Below, piece by piece: positions 36,511 to 50,472 of a DNA stretch of 64,000 nt (position 1 is its first letter; each line of letters opens with the position of its first letter). A program made the translations under genes and the position numbers. Source of the stretch: the human T2T-CHM13v2.0 reference genome, Homo sapiens. The notes under the pieces were generated by a model. The model did not search any database and was not told where the DNA came from. It worked only from the letters and a program-made list of their open reading frames with translations. The stretch lies in the NCBI RefSeq assembly GCF_009914755.1, contig NC_060934.1. One strand, given 5' to 3'.

Positions 36511-38242
36511 CCCCCCACCACCTCCCAGCTTGTGTCTCCACAATTCTCACTGGGGAAGCAAGTTCAATGATCCTCACCTAACGCACCTCATGTTGCGTAT
36601 GAGGATGCTGGGGCCCAGGAGCCCCTGGCACATCCAGTGGCTCATGGGGTGACAGTGCAATCCTGACCTGACTCTCAGCTACCTGACACTCCCCACAGGT
36701 CGGACAGCTCCCTCCCCGGAGCACAGTTGTGTGTCTGGAAAGAGTCATTCATTTTACTGTGGTTGGGGATCCATATCCAACCTGGAAATTATCTTCATTC
36801 TTCTCCTGTGTTTCCTCCAATGCCTTAAAATAGAAGCACATATATGATACGACTTTAGTGATGCGATTTCCAGCCTCTCTTTGGTCAGTGGGAGCACATG
36901 CTAAGTTTAAACACCCTTCTGAATGGAATGGCAACTTGGAAACAAAAGTGGCCTTCCTTGGAGCCAGATAAGGCCACGCATACCCGTGACAGAGGACTCT
37001 CAATTTCCACGCAGCCTGCAAGGCTCCAGGCATGAGAGAGAAACAAGAGGAGAAGAGAGTCAAGGCTGTGCGATGGGTTGGGTCCTCAGGGATGCTCTGA
37101 CGGTTTGTGCCTGTTCTGTTCTCCTTCTCACGCTGCCTTTTCTCATCACAGAATGAGAGCTACTCAGTAAGGACCTCAGCATCTTACTCTTGTTTCTAAA
37201 ATAAAGTAAATCAGGTCTTCACGCAATCAGTAAAGTGTTTGCAAAAACAACATTTTTGAACAGTGCAAAGTAAAAGGTAATATGACCATGACAAGTGCTA
37301 AGAACTCCCTTGACTTTAGTTTTAGACTATGAGAAAAATGAGGGGATATAAGACTCTATTTGAGAAAAAGATGTAATATTCTATTACTGGGTTTATAGCC
37401 AGGTATAAAATCCAAGTACACCGCTCCCAGCTACTCGCCCTCCTCTGTTCAAACCACTAATAAATAGTGGATTCTTTCAGTTTAAAGCTTGTGACTCTCA
37501 TCTTTAAGTTTTCATAACTGTTGGAAGAGAGAAAAATTAAAGCTACATGACCTCATCTGTTACTTTCCAAAAGGAAAAAACATCAGTGAGACTGGAATCT
37601 TTTGCAAAGAAGAGGAAATTTTATTTGATGAGCACTACACACAGAAATACTTGCTGGTGAACACAGCTCACGCCACGCTTTATTTTAGTAAGGGCTCCCA
37701 GAAGCATGCAGGTTGTGGCGTTCTGTGGACAGAGCTGAGCAGAACTGACCCCACGACTCCTTCCAACACAGGAGGCAGGGTCTGCGCCGAGGGGACCCAG
37801 AGCCACCTGCTTGTTGTAAGCAAGGCCCTTCAGCAATACCAAACAAATCAGACTGCCAAGAATTTTTTTTTCTTGTTCCTAACTTTCCCATAAAAAGATT
37901 CAGGTAAATGTAGCATGACGAGCCAATTTAAGCCAATTTCAAAGTTATTTGAGTAATTGGTTATTAAGATAACAGTCTCAAATTTCAATTCAGCAATTAT
38001 TGTCTTCAAGACACAGACTCAGGCATCAGAAGAAAAGTCTGCTGTGTGTTAAAGTGAAAGAGCTACAGTCTCCTGGGTTGAAGGACGGTCTCCAGTGAGC
38101 CAGGGGCTAGCCCTGAGGACACTTTTCCTCTTCTCCACAAGGGCCTCAAATGCCCACCATGGGGAGGTTTCCAGAATACAACATCATTGAGTTTCCAAAC
38201 AGAACAAAACCACACTCTTGCCTTGGTTACTATGAGGACTGA

Positions 38243-38819
<577 letters not shown>

Positions 38820-39159
38820 TTTAGCAAGTCTTCACCCTAAGTTGAGACCCACAAAGGGATTTCTTTTCGCGCCCCCCAGGAGACAGCAGTGCAGCCTCAC
38901 TCAAAATCTCCTGATGGGAAAGATGGCTTTGGCAGAGGTTCTTGGTGAAAGGCCAAATTCGCCTTTCTAATGATGGGTGGAATTACCTCTGAAAAGCCTT
39001 ACGGCAAAGAAGTACAAAATGCTCAGTTGACTCCAGCTAATCAACCCCTAGGATGGCTATGACTAATTATTACAAACCACTAGATAACTGTTCTAGCCCA
39101 GGTTACAGGGGACTTCTTTTCAGGCACTGGTTGCTCAAAGGTTTTCAAAACAAGCAGAA

Positions 39160-39453
39160 GACCAGGCGCCGTGGCTCACGCCTGTAATTCCAGCACTTTC
39201 GGAGGCTGAGGCAGGCAGATCACCTGATGTCAAAGTTTGAGACCAGCCTGTCCAACATAGAGAAACTCCATCTCTATTAAAAATACAAAAATTAGCCAGG
39301 CATGGTGGTGTGCACTTGTGGGTCCAGCTAGTCAGGAGGCTGAGGTGGGAGGATAGCCTGAGCCTGGGAGACAGAGGTTGCAGTGAGCTGAGATCATACC
39401 ACTGCACTTAAGCCTGGGTGACAGAGCAAGACTCTGAAGAAAAAAAAAAAAAA
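39160..39453 (+). mobile_element. Alu (J/S intermediate)
   Basis: Full dimer with A tail and mixed J/S diagnostic positions. Confidence 0.93.
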
Positions 39454-39996
39454 CACAAAAACAGAAATTCTTGACCCTGGGTAGCACTAGGAAAGATATT
39501 CATCAAAGAAGCAAAGTGACCTTCTAAAGAATGCACAGTGACAGTGAGAGTCACCACTTTCTGTGAATATGTGTCCAGCATCCCCTGGGAGCCAGGCATG
39601 GTGTTTCATAAGAAGCAGCCCATTGACTTCTCAGAGCGAGCCTACAGGGAAGGTAATTTTAAGTTGGTGAGACCAAGATGTGGGGAGAGCTTAAGGCCTG
39701 CCCTAGGACCCTATAGGAAGCAGGATGCAAGGGTGTGGAAGACATCCTTGCTCCCAACACCAAGCTCTTAGAGGCTAAACTGCTGTCACTACAGTGGAGA
39801 ACAGAATACCCAGTGCGGCGCATCTGTCCAGGATGGCAGCTGCAGGATATTCCCTGCATTGAGAAGGCAGATGTTTTCACAATTCCATTCATCTGTCCTT
39901 CCAATGAGTGTACAAACATTCATTGGATGCCCACACTGGGCAGGCAAGGCAAGGCTACTTTGAATTAAAAATGAAAACCCTACAAAAAGGAGAAGT

Positions 39997-40313
<317 letters not shown>

Positions 40314-41264
40314 TCAAAAATAAACAACAAAATAAAATAAAACAATATAAAAAAATAAAACAACAAAACAACAAAAATTAAAAATAGTCAATTCAGAGTC
40401 AAATCTCTGTCAATCTGTGAGTCTCAGGACTGGTAGAAATATCCCCTGGATAATGGCAGGGGCCTCCAAGCTTCTCACTGGGAAGAAGCTGGCCTCACCT
40501 CCTCCCTAGTAGACTGCTCAAGTCACGCTGCTCTCTTCCAACCACTCCCAGCATGGGCTCAGCCTTCCAGTTCCAAGCGGGGGCTGTTCTGCAGAAAGAG
40601 CGTTTCTATGCAGACACGCACATGGCTGACCCAAATATGTCTGTTCTACAAATGAGCCTCTTCAGTTGCTGATGAGCTTTAGCACTGCACACAGCCTGTA
40701 GAGACAGAGCAGGAAGGCAGGAAGGGCCTGGATGCAGCACCTGCCTGCGTTCCCTTCACTCTGCCCCAGGAGCTGACATGTGCTCCATTTGTCATCGCAA
40801 AAATTCTTTTCAGGTGGGCAGCTATTAAAAAAAAGTGGAGGTTCCCAGCAAATTCTAAACCTTGCAAACAGATGTAGTCATGGGTAACACTCACTATACA
40901 TTCTCCCTAATTTACATCTGTTGGAATTTCTTCTTTGATTTAAGCTGTCCCAGGCAAAAATCTCATGGTGAAAAGAACAAGACACATTTGCTGAGAAAGG
41001 GAAGTGGGTAGAGAGGAGGGCTGGGCTGGAGGCACAGCTCTATGTCTCCTTGTCAGCAGTAGAAAAGATTTACACAATTTAGAGAGAGCGTTTGCCCCTC
41101 GCAACTCATCTCTCCTTTTTAACGATGTCTTTGCAGGATATTTGAGTAAAAAGGGCCCTCAAATTTTATAGATTTACCCTGTTTATTTTCCAATTTATTG
41201 ACACATGCAATCCCTTTGCTCAAAGTCTTATATAAAGAGAGACTCATCAAATGAAACATATGCT

Positions 41265-41935
41265 CAAGCACACACATGTGCATGCATGCATTACAGGTAC
41301 ACGCACACAGGTACACACAGACACAGGCATGCATACAGGTACACTCACACACACACATGCATAAAGGTACACTCACACAGGAACACACACACATGCATGC
41401 ATAAAGGTACACTCACACAGGTACACACATGCATCCATAAAGGCACACTCACACAGGTACACACACATGCATGCATAAAGGTAGGTACACTTACACAGGT
41501 ACACACACACACACATGCATAAAGGTACACTCACACAGGAACACACACACATGCATGCATAAAGGTACACTCACACAGATACACATGCATGCATACAAGT
41601 ACACTCACACAGGTACACACACATATACACACAGGGACACACACAGTTATACACACACATGCATGCATACAGGTACACACACAGGTACACACATGCATGC
41701 AGGAAGGTATAGTCACACACACATGCACATGCATGCATACAGGTACACTCATACAGGTACACACACACATGCATACAGGTACAATCACACAGGTACACAC
41801 ACACATGCGTGCATGCAGGTACACTCACACAGGTACACACACACATTAAGGTACACTCACATAGGTACACACACACATGCATACGTACAGGTATTCTAAC
41901 ACAGGTACACACACACACACAGGTATGTACACATA
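41265..41935 (+). repeat. CA-rich VNTR with a ~36-44-bp unit
   Basis: Unit gcataaaggtacactcacacagg(t/a)acacac..atgcat repeated with variants. Confidence 0.92.
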
Positions 41936-42197
41936 CCCAAAGCAACATAAAGCCCGGGATGGGCCCCACCCCACCTCCTGTGGCCCATGGCAGGGTCTGT
42001 GGGCCCCCTAAGGACCCTGCAGGCCAACTAGCAAATCCTTGATTCAACCACCCCTTCATCTTAATAATCAGGAAAAGGAGGCTGAGAATAAGGGGGTGCT
42101 TGTCTTCCTAAAACCACAGAACACACAGCAGAACTGGGTTTGGGTCTTGGGATGCCAGCTCCCCATCTGGGCTCCAGACATGGGAGCAGTAGCTTTG

Positions 42198-42374
42198 ACA
42201 CCACAATTGACATTTTTCAATGAAGTGGAGGTCATATTGGGCCCCACACACCAGCTCTATGTGCTCCATGCCTGGAACACCAACCCATGGTCCAACGACT
42301 CATCTTGTTTGCTCCCTGGATACCAGAGTCATCTTTTAGCATGCTCATACTATGAAGTGTTGCTTCAAACAGGC
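42198..42374 (+). repeat. 177-bp dispersed direct repeat, copy 1
   Basis: 171/177 identical to 44537-44713. Confidence 0.95.
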
Positions 42375-42974
42375 TGTCTCCTGACCCATAGTCCTCAGCT
42401 GCCAACACCTGTCACCTGACTGCAGCAAGGTGGACCACACCCCAGGGCTTCCCAAGTTCCCAGCCCTGGTGCTAACCTTCTCTCTGCATGATCCCTGGGA
42501 TCCCCAGCATCTGGGTGACCCCATCCGGGCTCGAGGCTACCCCAAGCATCTGCCTCCCGTTGACTCCTAGATTCATATTCACTCCCATCTCCTCCCAAAC
42601 CCCAGGTAGGAACACCTCCTGCCCGCTGGGTACCACAGGTCTGCCTGCTGGGTACCACAGGTCTGCCCACGGACACAGCAACCTTATGCCTCCACACCTT
42701 CTCCCTGCACATCAGCAGTGTCCTCTCTCAGGACAAGGAATGACCACCCACACAGCTCCCTGAACACAGACCCGGGACCACCCTCAATGCCTCCTCTATA
42801 GAAGCCCAAATGATGATGCTGGGCACAGTGCCTGGAGGTGCGGGGGCATGCTCTGCACACGCACAGCTTTACCCTTTCCCTCAACCTCGGCAGCCCTGAC
42901 TTTGCAGTGCTGACTGCGCCCTGGGGCCTCAAGGGATAAAAATAGGCAAGGCTGTAGAGACGTTCAAGGACATT

Positions 42975-43100
42975 CACTTATGGCATCTTACGTGAGCCTC
43001 ATGAGACACCCTTGAATTCAACTTACTGTTACTCTCATTTCAGTGAGGAAAAGGAGGCTCTGAGCAGAGACCTTCAGGGCCACACTCAGGGTCTCCCAGG
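42975..43100 (-). mobile_element. MIR fragment
   Basis: gagcctcatgagacaccc...ttactctcatttcagtgaggaaaaggaggctctgag. Confidence 0.55.
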
Positions 43101-43556
43101 CAGCACACAAGGAGGGCCTGATTCTCTGGAACCCTGAGTCCAGTTCCTTCTGCCACAACACACACCTCTTGGTTGATTGAAATCAACCCCAGGGGGCTCC
43201 AGGGGGCTCCAGGCTGTCCTGTGTCCAGGCAAGAGGAAGCCTGCCTACCCTATCCCACTCCGAGGCCTCCTGCCAGACTTCCAGATCCATTCTATTCCAT
43301 CTGCCCAGCTCAGGGCTCCCCTCGAACCCTCTGGGGGATGACAGGAAGCCCACCTTGACTGCCCCCCAGACTGAACTGCCTGCGTCGAGATAAGAAATGA
43401 CTCAATGTCCAGTGACTCAGATGGTCGTGGGAAAGCAGCGTATGGACACGTGAAAAAGAGCAACATGTTACAGTAATGTCCGGATGTGAAGGACATGTAT
43501 ACAAGTGAATTCTGAGACCATCTGCACATGTTTTCTCTTGTTTTTTTTTTTTTTTT

Positions 43557-43854
43557 AGCCAGGCTCAGTGGCTCACACCTGTAATACCAGCACTTTGAGA
43601 GGCCAAGGCAGGAGGATTGCCTGAGCCCAGGAATCGAAACCAGCCTGGGCAACATGGCAAAATCCCATCTCCGCAAAAAATACAAAAATTAGCCGGTCAT
43701 GGTAGCGCATGCCTGTAGTCCCAGCTACTTCAGAGGCTGAGGTGGGAGAATCAGTTGAACCTGGGAGCTTGCAGTGAGCCAAGATCGCACCGCTGCACTC
43801 CATCCAGCCTGGCTGACAGAGTAAGACACTGTCTCAGAAAAAAAAAATAAAATG

Positions 43855-43856
<2 letters not shown>
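43557..43856 (+). mobile_element. AluJb-like
   Basis: Full dimer, ggaggattgcctgagcccagg, A-rich tail running into (TA)n(CA)n. Confidence 0.92.
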
Positions 43857-43921
<65 letters not shown>

Positions 43922-43935
43922 TATGTGTGTGTGTG
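43857..43935 (+). repeat. Compound (TA)n(CA)n(TG)n microsatellite
   Basis: Directly visible. Confidence 0.95.
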
Positions 43936-44520
43936 TTTGAGATCATCAAAGATTCATACACAGTTGTAAGAAATCATAAAATCTCAGGTATCCTTTACTC
44001 AGTTTCCCCCACTGGCAACATCTTACAAAACTATCATGTCTTACAAAACAGTATTACAACCAGGAAACTGCCATGAACATAACCCACCAATGTTACTGAT
44101 ATTTCCCCAGTTTTTGCTAGTACTCATTAGTTGCACGTCAGTGTATTTAGTTCTATACAATTTTATCACGTGAGTAGATTCCTATGTTCACCACCACAGT
44201 CACCACAGAGAGACCTCATGTGGCCCTTTTTAACCTCCCTCCCAGGGCTGCCCTGCCAGCTCCCCTCTCTCACTCATGGCCAGCCACTAGTCTGTTCTTC
44301 ATTTCTGTAATTCTGTCATTTCAAGAATGTTGTTAATATATAAGTGGAGTCATACAGTACATAACCTTTTGAGACTGGCATTTTAGTCCACTCAACAAAA
44401 TTCTCTGGAGATACATACGAGCAGCTGTATCAATGATTTATTCCTTTTTCATTACAGAGTATTATTCCCTGGCCTGGATGTACCACAGTTTGTTTAACTG
44501 TTTCCTCATTGAAGAACATA
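43936..44520 (-). mobile_element. L1MC1/2-like 3' end
   Basis: gattcatacacagttgtaagaaat...agtttccccc...catcttacaaaacta...gtcatttcaagaatgtt...gtaccacagtttgttta. Confidence 0.88.
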
Positions 44521-44536
44521 GAAATGCATATGGTTT

Positions 44537-44713
44537 ACACCACAATTGACATTTTTCAATGAAGTGGAGGTCATATTGGGCCCCACACACCAGCTCTATT
44601 TGCTCCATGCCTGGAACACCAACCCATGGTCCAACGACTCATCTTGTTTGCTCCCTGGATACCAGAGACATCTTTCAGCGTGCTCATACTGTGAAGTGTC
44701 GCTTCAAACAGGC
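44537..44713 (+). repeat. 177-bp dispersed direct repeat, copy 2
   Basis: 171/177 identical to 42198-42374. Confidence 0.95.
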
Positions 44714-47700
44714 CAGTATGATTCCATTTCCCTATATTTTGTAAATCGTCTTTACTTCTCTGGCTCAGACTGCAAGAAAGGAAAAACTCCACATGGAACA
44801 CATAGAATCATGGAATCATAAGTTCTAACTTGAGTTTTACTTTTAACATATGGGAAAAATGGATTATCAACTTTTTATTAAAAACATTGACTGTCTCCAT
44901 GGAGACATTTTTTCTTAACTGGGGCAAAGGAAGGGTGCATGGTATAAGGTTTGCTAAAAAGGAGTTAATGTCCTGTAAATTCAAACTCCTGGAATGTTTT
45001 AATTATGAAATGAAAAGGTAATCGGTACCATTGCCAGTAGGATATGTCTGCTCATATTCCTATAGAGTGAACTGGGCCTTTAAACTATTAAGTCCTAAAT
45101 ATCATTCTCTTTTTCCCAGTCTCTCATGTGCTTTGAAACTAATTCTCAGCATTAGTGTATTTGGCTCCAAGTTGGGTATGTGCTTGGCCTGACAACATCT
45201 GAAAGTGCCAAGGCATAAAATTTGTAGCTCACCAGAGGATGCTCTGTTGGTTCACCATTTGTTTAAAGCTAGACTATCTCCTCTTAATTGGATTCGATTA
45301 TGGGTGGTTTATATAGTCTTTAAGAGAAGATGACACGCTTCCAGTGGGTGCAAGGAGGGTTGTACAAGGTCTCACTGGGTCCGTGGGATTCAGAGGATTC
45401 TTACCACACTGGATTCAGAATAAATGGGTCTCTTGTTTTGCCTTCCAGGCCTCTGGACCACGTCACCTGCCATCACCTCCACATTGTAGCATTAACCAGC
45501 ACAGGACAACTGTGCCATCTTCTACTCCAGAGACCAGGTGACAAGATGCAAAGGATGAGGGAGCTTGCACTAAAAAGGGAAGGAGTACGACCCAGTCATG
45601 AGAAGCTCTGACGGAATCCAAAAGTCAGACCTTCAAGACACACAAGCTCTTGCCAATGCAAACACAAGAGCATGGAGAGAGTCTCAGGTGGTTCACCTAT
45701 GTTCTCACGGCTTGTCTCTGATTTCACCAGAACAGACCCTGGCTGTCCTATAGCAGAGGACAAGAGCAGGGACACCTGCAAGCCAGCAGAGTACGTTTTC
45801 AGAATTACAGTCAACATGTCCTTTTGAAAATGTAGACACAGAATGGGTGACAGCATATGGCTACTCCCCTCACAGCCTCACAGCAAGGCCCTGGGATGAG
45901 GGGCGGGCTGTCTGCAGTGTGCACGGCCCAGGAGGAAGGTCTGAAGGGACCACTGACTTGATGGAGCCATCCACCCTGAGGTTTTGCCATCTGCCTGCAA
46001 AGACACAGCTCTCTTTTCTTCCTTGGCAGAGGAAAGTGTCACCTGACCACGGCTGTGGAGGGTTCCAGACTCGACTTGCCTTGTGAGGCCTCCAGGCTTC
46101 CTGATGGGTTTCCTCCCAGGCAAAGTGACCGATGGCTTCTCAAGAACTCAAGGCTAGGACTCAACGCCTGGCATCTGATCTGTGCCCCCAAGGACCAAGC
46201 TTCATGCTCCCACCCGCCCCCGCCCCCGCCCCCCACCCTCCCGACGCGGACTGTGGATCCAGTAGGAGAAGGCCCGTGGGAAGTCTCCTCTCCAGGCTGT
46301 GAGCAGGACTGCTGAATGGGCTGATAACCAGGCTGCTGTACCAGGGTCGTGCTGGGCAGCAGAGCCCACCTTGCTGCCACACCCCACTGTAGAAAGAGCA
46401 CTTCAGCAGGAGGACCAGGAGGGCTCCAGGCTACCAGTTCTTCAGCCGAGCAGTTCAACACCCACAGCGTCAAACTGAAGAGGACTCTCAGCCTCCTCCC
46501 ATCAAATGCTTTCCACAGATTGCCTTGGGTGCAAGGATGTGGATATCTGTGAAATACAAATGGAGCTGTTGTAATATAAAAGACAAGCCCCAGGGGCAGG
46601 GGGAGTGCTTGTCTGCTCCGACCTAAACAAGGGTCCTAGCTTTCCAGTAGTACTGCAGATAAAAAGAACGCGGCTCGTCCCTGCAGAGCCCCATATGGCT
46701 GCCAGGGTGAAGGCAAAGAAGCTCAGTGCAATGAGGCTCCTCTGCGGAGCAGGAGCTCCCAGAGGCCAGAGCACAGGAGAAGCCCTCTGCCCCGCTCTTT
46801 CCTCAGAGGCTACAGGGACACAGCATCATTGGAGGGACACACAGCCCAGTCAGAGAGACACAGTCCAGTTGGAACAACATGGCCCCAGTGGAAGGGCACA
46901 GTCCAGTTGGAGGGAAGCCCTGTGAGGCCTACAGAGTGGACACCCAGTAGAGCGCAGTGGACAGTCCAGAGCATGGAGCCATGCAGGTTACCTTGGTCAG
47001 CACACCCTCAGCTGGCTCAGTCGTCCTCACCTGCTCTGACACCCCTACCTGGAGCTACTCCACTGCATGAAGGTGGGTCCTGGACTGGCAGCAAGTGTGG
47101 CTCCAGTCTGAGGCTCTTCTTTTTGTCCCATCAGATAATGTAAAATTCTCTTTGGATCAGTGGATAGCACTCAGGTGAATGCATTCCTAGCACAGTCCAC
47201 TTGGCACCTGTCGGAACAGGGTGCAATTGGAAAGCCACCATCTCCCAGTGCACAGCCATGGCTGCATCCAGCCTGAATTTCTTTCTGAAGGCCTGAAGAG
47301 CCCTCATGGATCCATCAAGTGTCCTCAGAAGCTGCCTGAGGCTATAGAGGGACCACAGGAAGGGGGAGCCACCTTTTGCATCAGTGACCCCCAGGTGAGG
47401 CCTGGGAGGCCTAAGGCAGTTGTTTGCAGCAGAGGTCCTGGACACTCCAAGCTCCTTAGGGCCATGGGAAGGCCCCCACTGGAGCCACAGAAGGTGCAGG
47501 TACCCTGGAGGCACCAGGAGGGCAGGCATGGCTTGGCATAGACCTGCAGACCTGGGCCCCCAGGGGCACTGGGTGGCGTCCTGAAGAAGAAGGAGGACGG
47601 GGAAGCGGCTGTGCACTGGCTGAGCCTGAGTGTCACCAAGAGAGGAGGAGCCCACACCTTCATCTGGGCCTGGGGAGGAACAATGCCCCACTTGGCCACT

Positions 47701-48702
47701 TTACCCTAACCTCAAGGACATGGTGGGTGGGCAGCTCCCTTCCCTGCAGCAAAGAAGGCTCCTCCCACTCACTCAGACACCATTCCGGAACAGTCCACTG
47801 AATCCTCACACAGCGTCCTGTGTGGCTTCAATCCTCCATTCTCACTGAGTAACCCTTTCTTTAACACTGAAATGATTATTAAAATATTTTATATGTAAAG
47901 TGGAGAGGCATCCAGCGGGTCCCAGCAGCTCAGCCCACCGTGCTGCTCCCTGCCTCCCAAAGCCTCCCGAGGCCATGCAAGGACACAGGCAACATCCGCT
48001 AAGCGCTTCCCCCAGAGAGCACACCGGGACCCTCTGGCTCGGCCTTACCCTTCCCCGCAGAGCTAGGACGGTGCGCACAGGCCATGGTAGTGAGGAATTG
48101 CCACGTTGTGGAGAAGGAGAACCTGGCTTCCTGGGAGAGAGCCGACTTCAGTTGCCCTTCACAACACTTAGGGCCCGGCTGCTGGGGGCTAATTAGGTCC
48201 CCAGGTGGTCTGAGGAGCACGTGCCCTGCCCTGAAGCTGGCTGAGCCCCAAGGGGTAGCTAGACCAACCCCAGCAGCCCACCATCTTTCCCAGGTGTGCA
48301 GGGGCCCAGGTGACAGCCCCAGGGAAAAGAGAAAATTGCAAAATTGTTGCTGCTAAATCAACCCCATTAAAAATGGCAATTATCCACGCTTCACTGTGGG
48401 CAACAACTCTCCAGGCCGATTAATGAGAAAACCTCCTCTACTCTTGGCCACTCCTCACCCAAGGAACTCTCAGCTGTTCCAGGGCTCACCACCAGTCAGA
48501 GGAGGACCCCAGGTGGAGAGAGAACTCCAGGGATCCCCCAGAGAGGAGGCCTGCCTCGTGAATAACATGGGTTTATAGACACCTGCGGGCAGTGCGTCCT
48601 TGCAGTTACCATGGGGATCATTCTGGCTCCCAGATTAGAGGTCAGTTCCTGTGGTCAGAGAAGCAGGTGCAGGGTGACGGTGGCACCAGTTCTGCCATCA
48701 AG

Positions 48703-48800
48703 CACTGGCTCCATCACCAGCCAGCTCTTTGACCTGGGGCTCAGTGTTTTTACCTGTAAAGTGGGGTAACCACGGAGCTGACCTCATGGGGCTGACAGGC
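48703..48800 (+). mobile_element. MIR fragment
   Basis: ctggctccatcacc...tgacctgggg ctcagtgtttttacctgtaaagtgggg...acctcatgggg. Confidence 0.65.
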
Positions 48801-49059
48801 ACCCTCCTTCACAGTGAGTGCACAAAAGACACTCGCTATTTCTGCATCTGGCATCTTCACGGGGTGTAGCCCCTCTCTGTGCACAGTGTACCCACTATGC
48901 CCGCTGTAAGCTGCCTGGGGTCAAAGCCTACCTCCATTCATTTATTCCTGTCATCATTTATTTAGTTAACAAACATTAACAGCGGCCAAAAACCACCTCT
49001 TCTCCGCTTGTGATAGTGTGATAGAATTGTATTAAAAAAATTTAAAACCTGAACAATGT

Positions 49060-49450
49060 GGTTTTAGCTTGTTTTTGTTAAATTAACCAAATAAGTGGCA
49101 GCATCTGATGCTGGATAGAATGTGCCAAATGACTCACTTCCCCATGGTACACAACATTGTAAATTGGACAAACCTTCTGGAATATTCTATGGTAATATCT
49201 ACAATACTGAAAATTGTTATGTCCTTTGACCTAAAAATTCCAACCTTGCATGTTCATCCTAAAAAAGTTAAAGAAATCGTTCTGTTACATGGTTATTCCT
49301 TGCAACATTATCTGCGATTGTGAAAAATTTGAAAATCTTAATATCCAACAGAGGATAGTAAATCAACACAGTGGAATAGTGCTTAGCCATTAAATCTATA
49401 GTTATGGAGACTGGACAAGCCAATTGAACTAGAATGTATTTAAAAATGTA
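49060..49450 (+). mobile_element. L1ME-like fragment
   Basis: tgtaaattggacaaaccttctggaa...cctttgacctaaaaattcca...cagtggaatag...agccattaaa. Confidence 0.7.
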
Positions 49451-49763
49451 CACATTTAGGTTTAGGTTTCTTCTGATTAGGAAAACATACTGGATTGTAA
49501 ATGGAAACATGAAATCAGATGTTTTAGTTTGGGTACTTTTTTTTCCCCCTTAACATTTCCTCTGATGATATTGATAAGATGACATAAGCAGTGGGCGGCT
49601 GGACACCCAGTGCCACATTCTCCATGAATGCCAGACCACAGCCAGTGCGCCTGGTGTAGGGTCACGGAGAACAGAGTCAGAAAAGCTCAGCACACTCTGA
49701 CAACTATGGCTCTCTCCCACCCACTGTCTTCTGACCAGCAGCCTCAGAGGGAGGGCCTCCTTC

Positions 49764-50240
49764 TGTTGTGGGTTGAACTGTGTCTTCCCAAAGAGTATGT
49801 TGAAGTCCTGTACCCCAGTATCTGTGAATGTGGCCTCATTTGGAAATAGGGTCTTTGCAGATGTCATCATCTTAAGACAAATTTAACTAGGCAGGCCCCA
49901 ATCCAATCCGACTGGTCTCCTTCTGAGAAGAGGGAAAGAGACACATAGGGGAAAATGCTACATAAAGACAGACACGGGGGAAGAAAGATGGGCTGTGATT
50001 GCGGAGGGAGGGAACGGAGCCGGGAGGCTGCCAGCTAAGGAACTCCAATGATTACCGGCAGCCCCAGAGCAGGAAGAAGCAAAGGAGAGTCTCCCTACAG
50101 GCTTAGAAGGAGGACGGCTCTGCAGACACCTGGACCTCAGACTTCCAGCCTCCAGAATTGTGAGAGAGCAAATGTCTTTGGTTTTAAGCCACTAGTTTGT
50201 GGCATTTCATTACAGAGGTCTTGGGAAAGTAATTTATACA
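49764..50240 (+). mobile_element. MLT1C-like solo LTR
   Basis: tgttgtgggttgaactgtgtc...tttggaaatagggtctttgcagatgt...gacttccagcctccagaattgtgag...ttttaagccact...ataca. Confidence 0.9.
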
Positions 50241-50472
50241 CTGACTCTCAGGTTCTTCATCTGTACAAAAAGAAAGTGATACTTTTCTTTATATCGTACT
50301 AGAGTCTTTAACCCTTTAGTCCCTGAAGCGACCTGTGCTGGCCTGCGGATAAACTCAGAAGGCAGGGTGCTGAGTCGACCCAGCGAGGACAGTGAGAAGA
50401 TTCATTCTCGCTGTGAGGAACCCAAGGCTAGGTCTTCTAAAACCTCATCTGAACGTTCCTGAGAACAATTCA

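Noticed and set aside
41119-42059. Many H/T- or C/V-rich ORFs and a CRISPR-like periodic look
   Set aside because: A simple CA-rich VNTR with no unique spacers, in eukaryotic DNA with no cas genes.
42198-44713. 177-bp repeats as LTRs of a novel retroelement
   Set aside because: No TG...CA ends, TSD, PBS or PPT. The interior holds much older MIR, L1MC and AluJ sequence.
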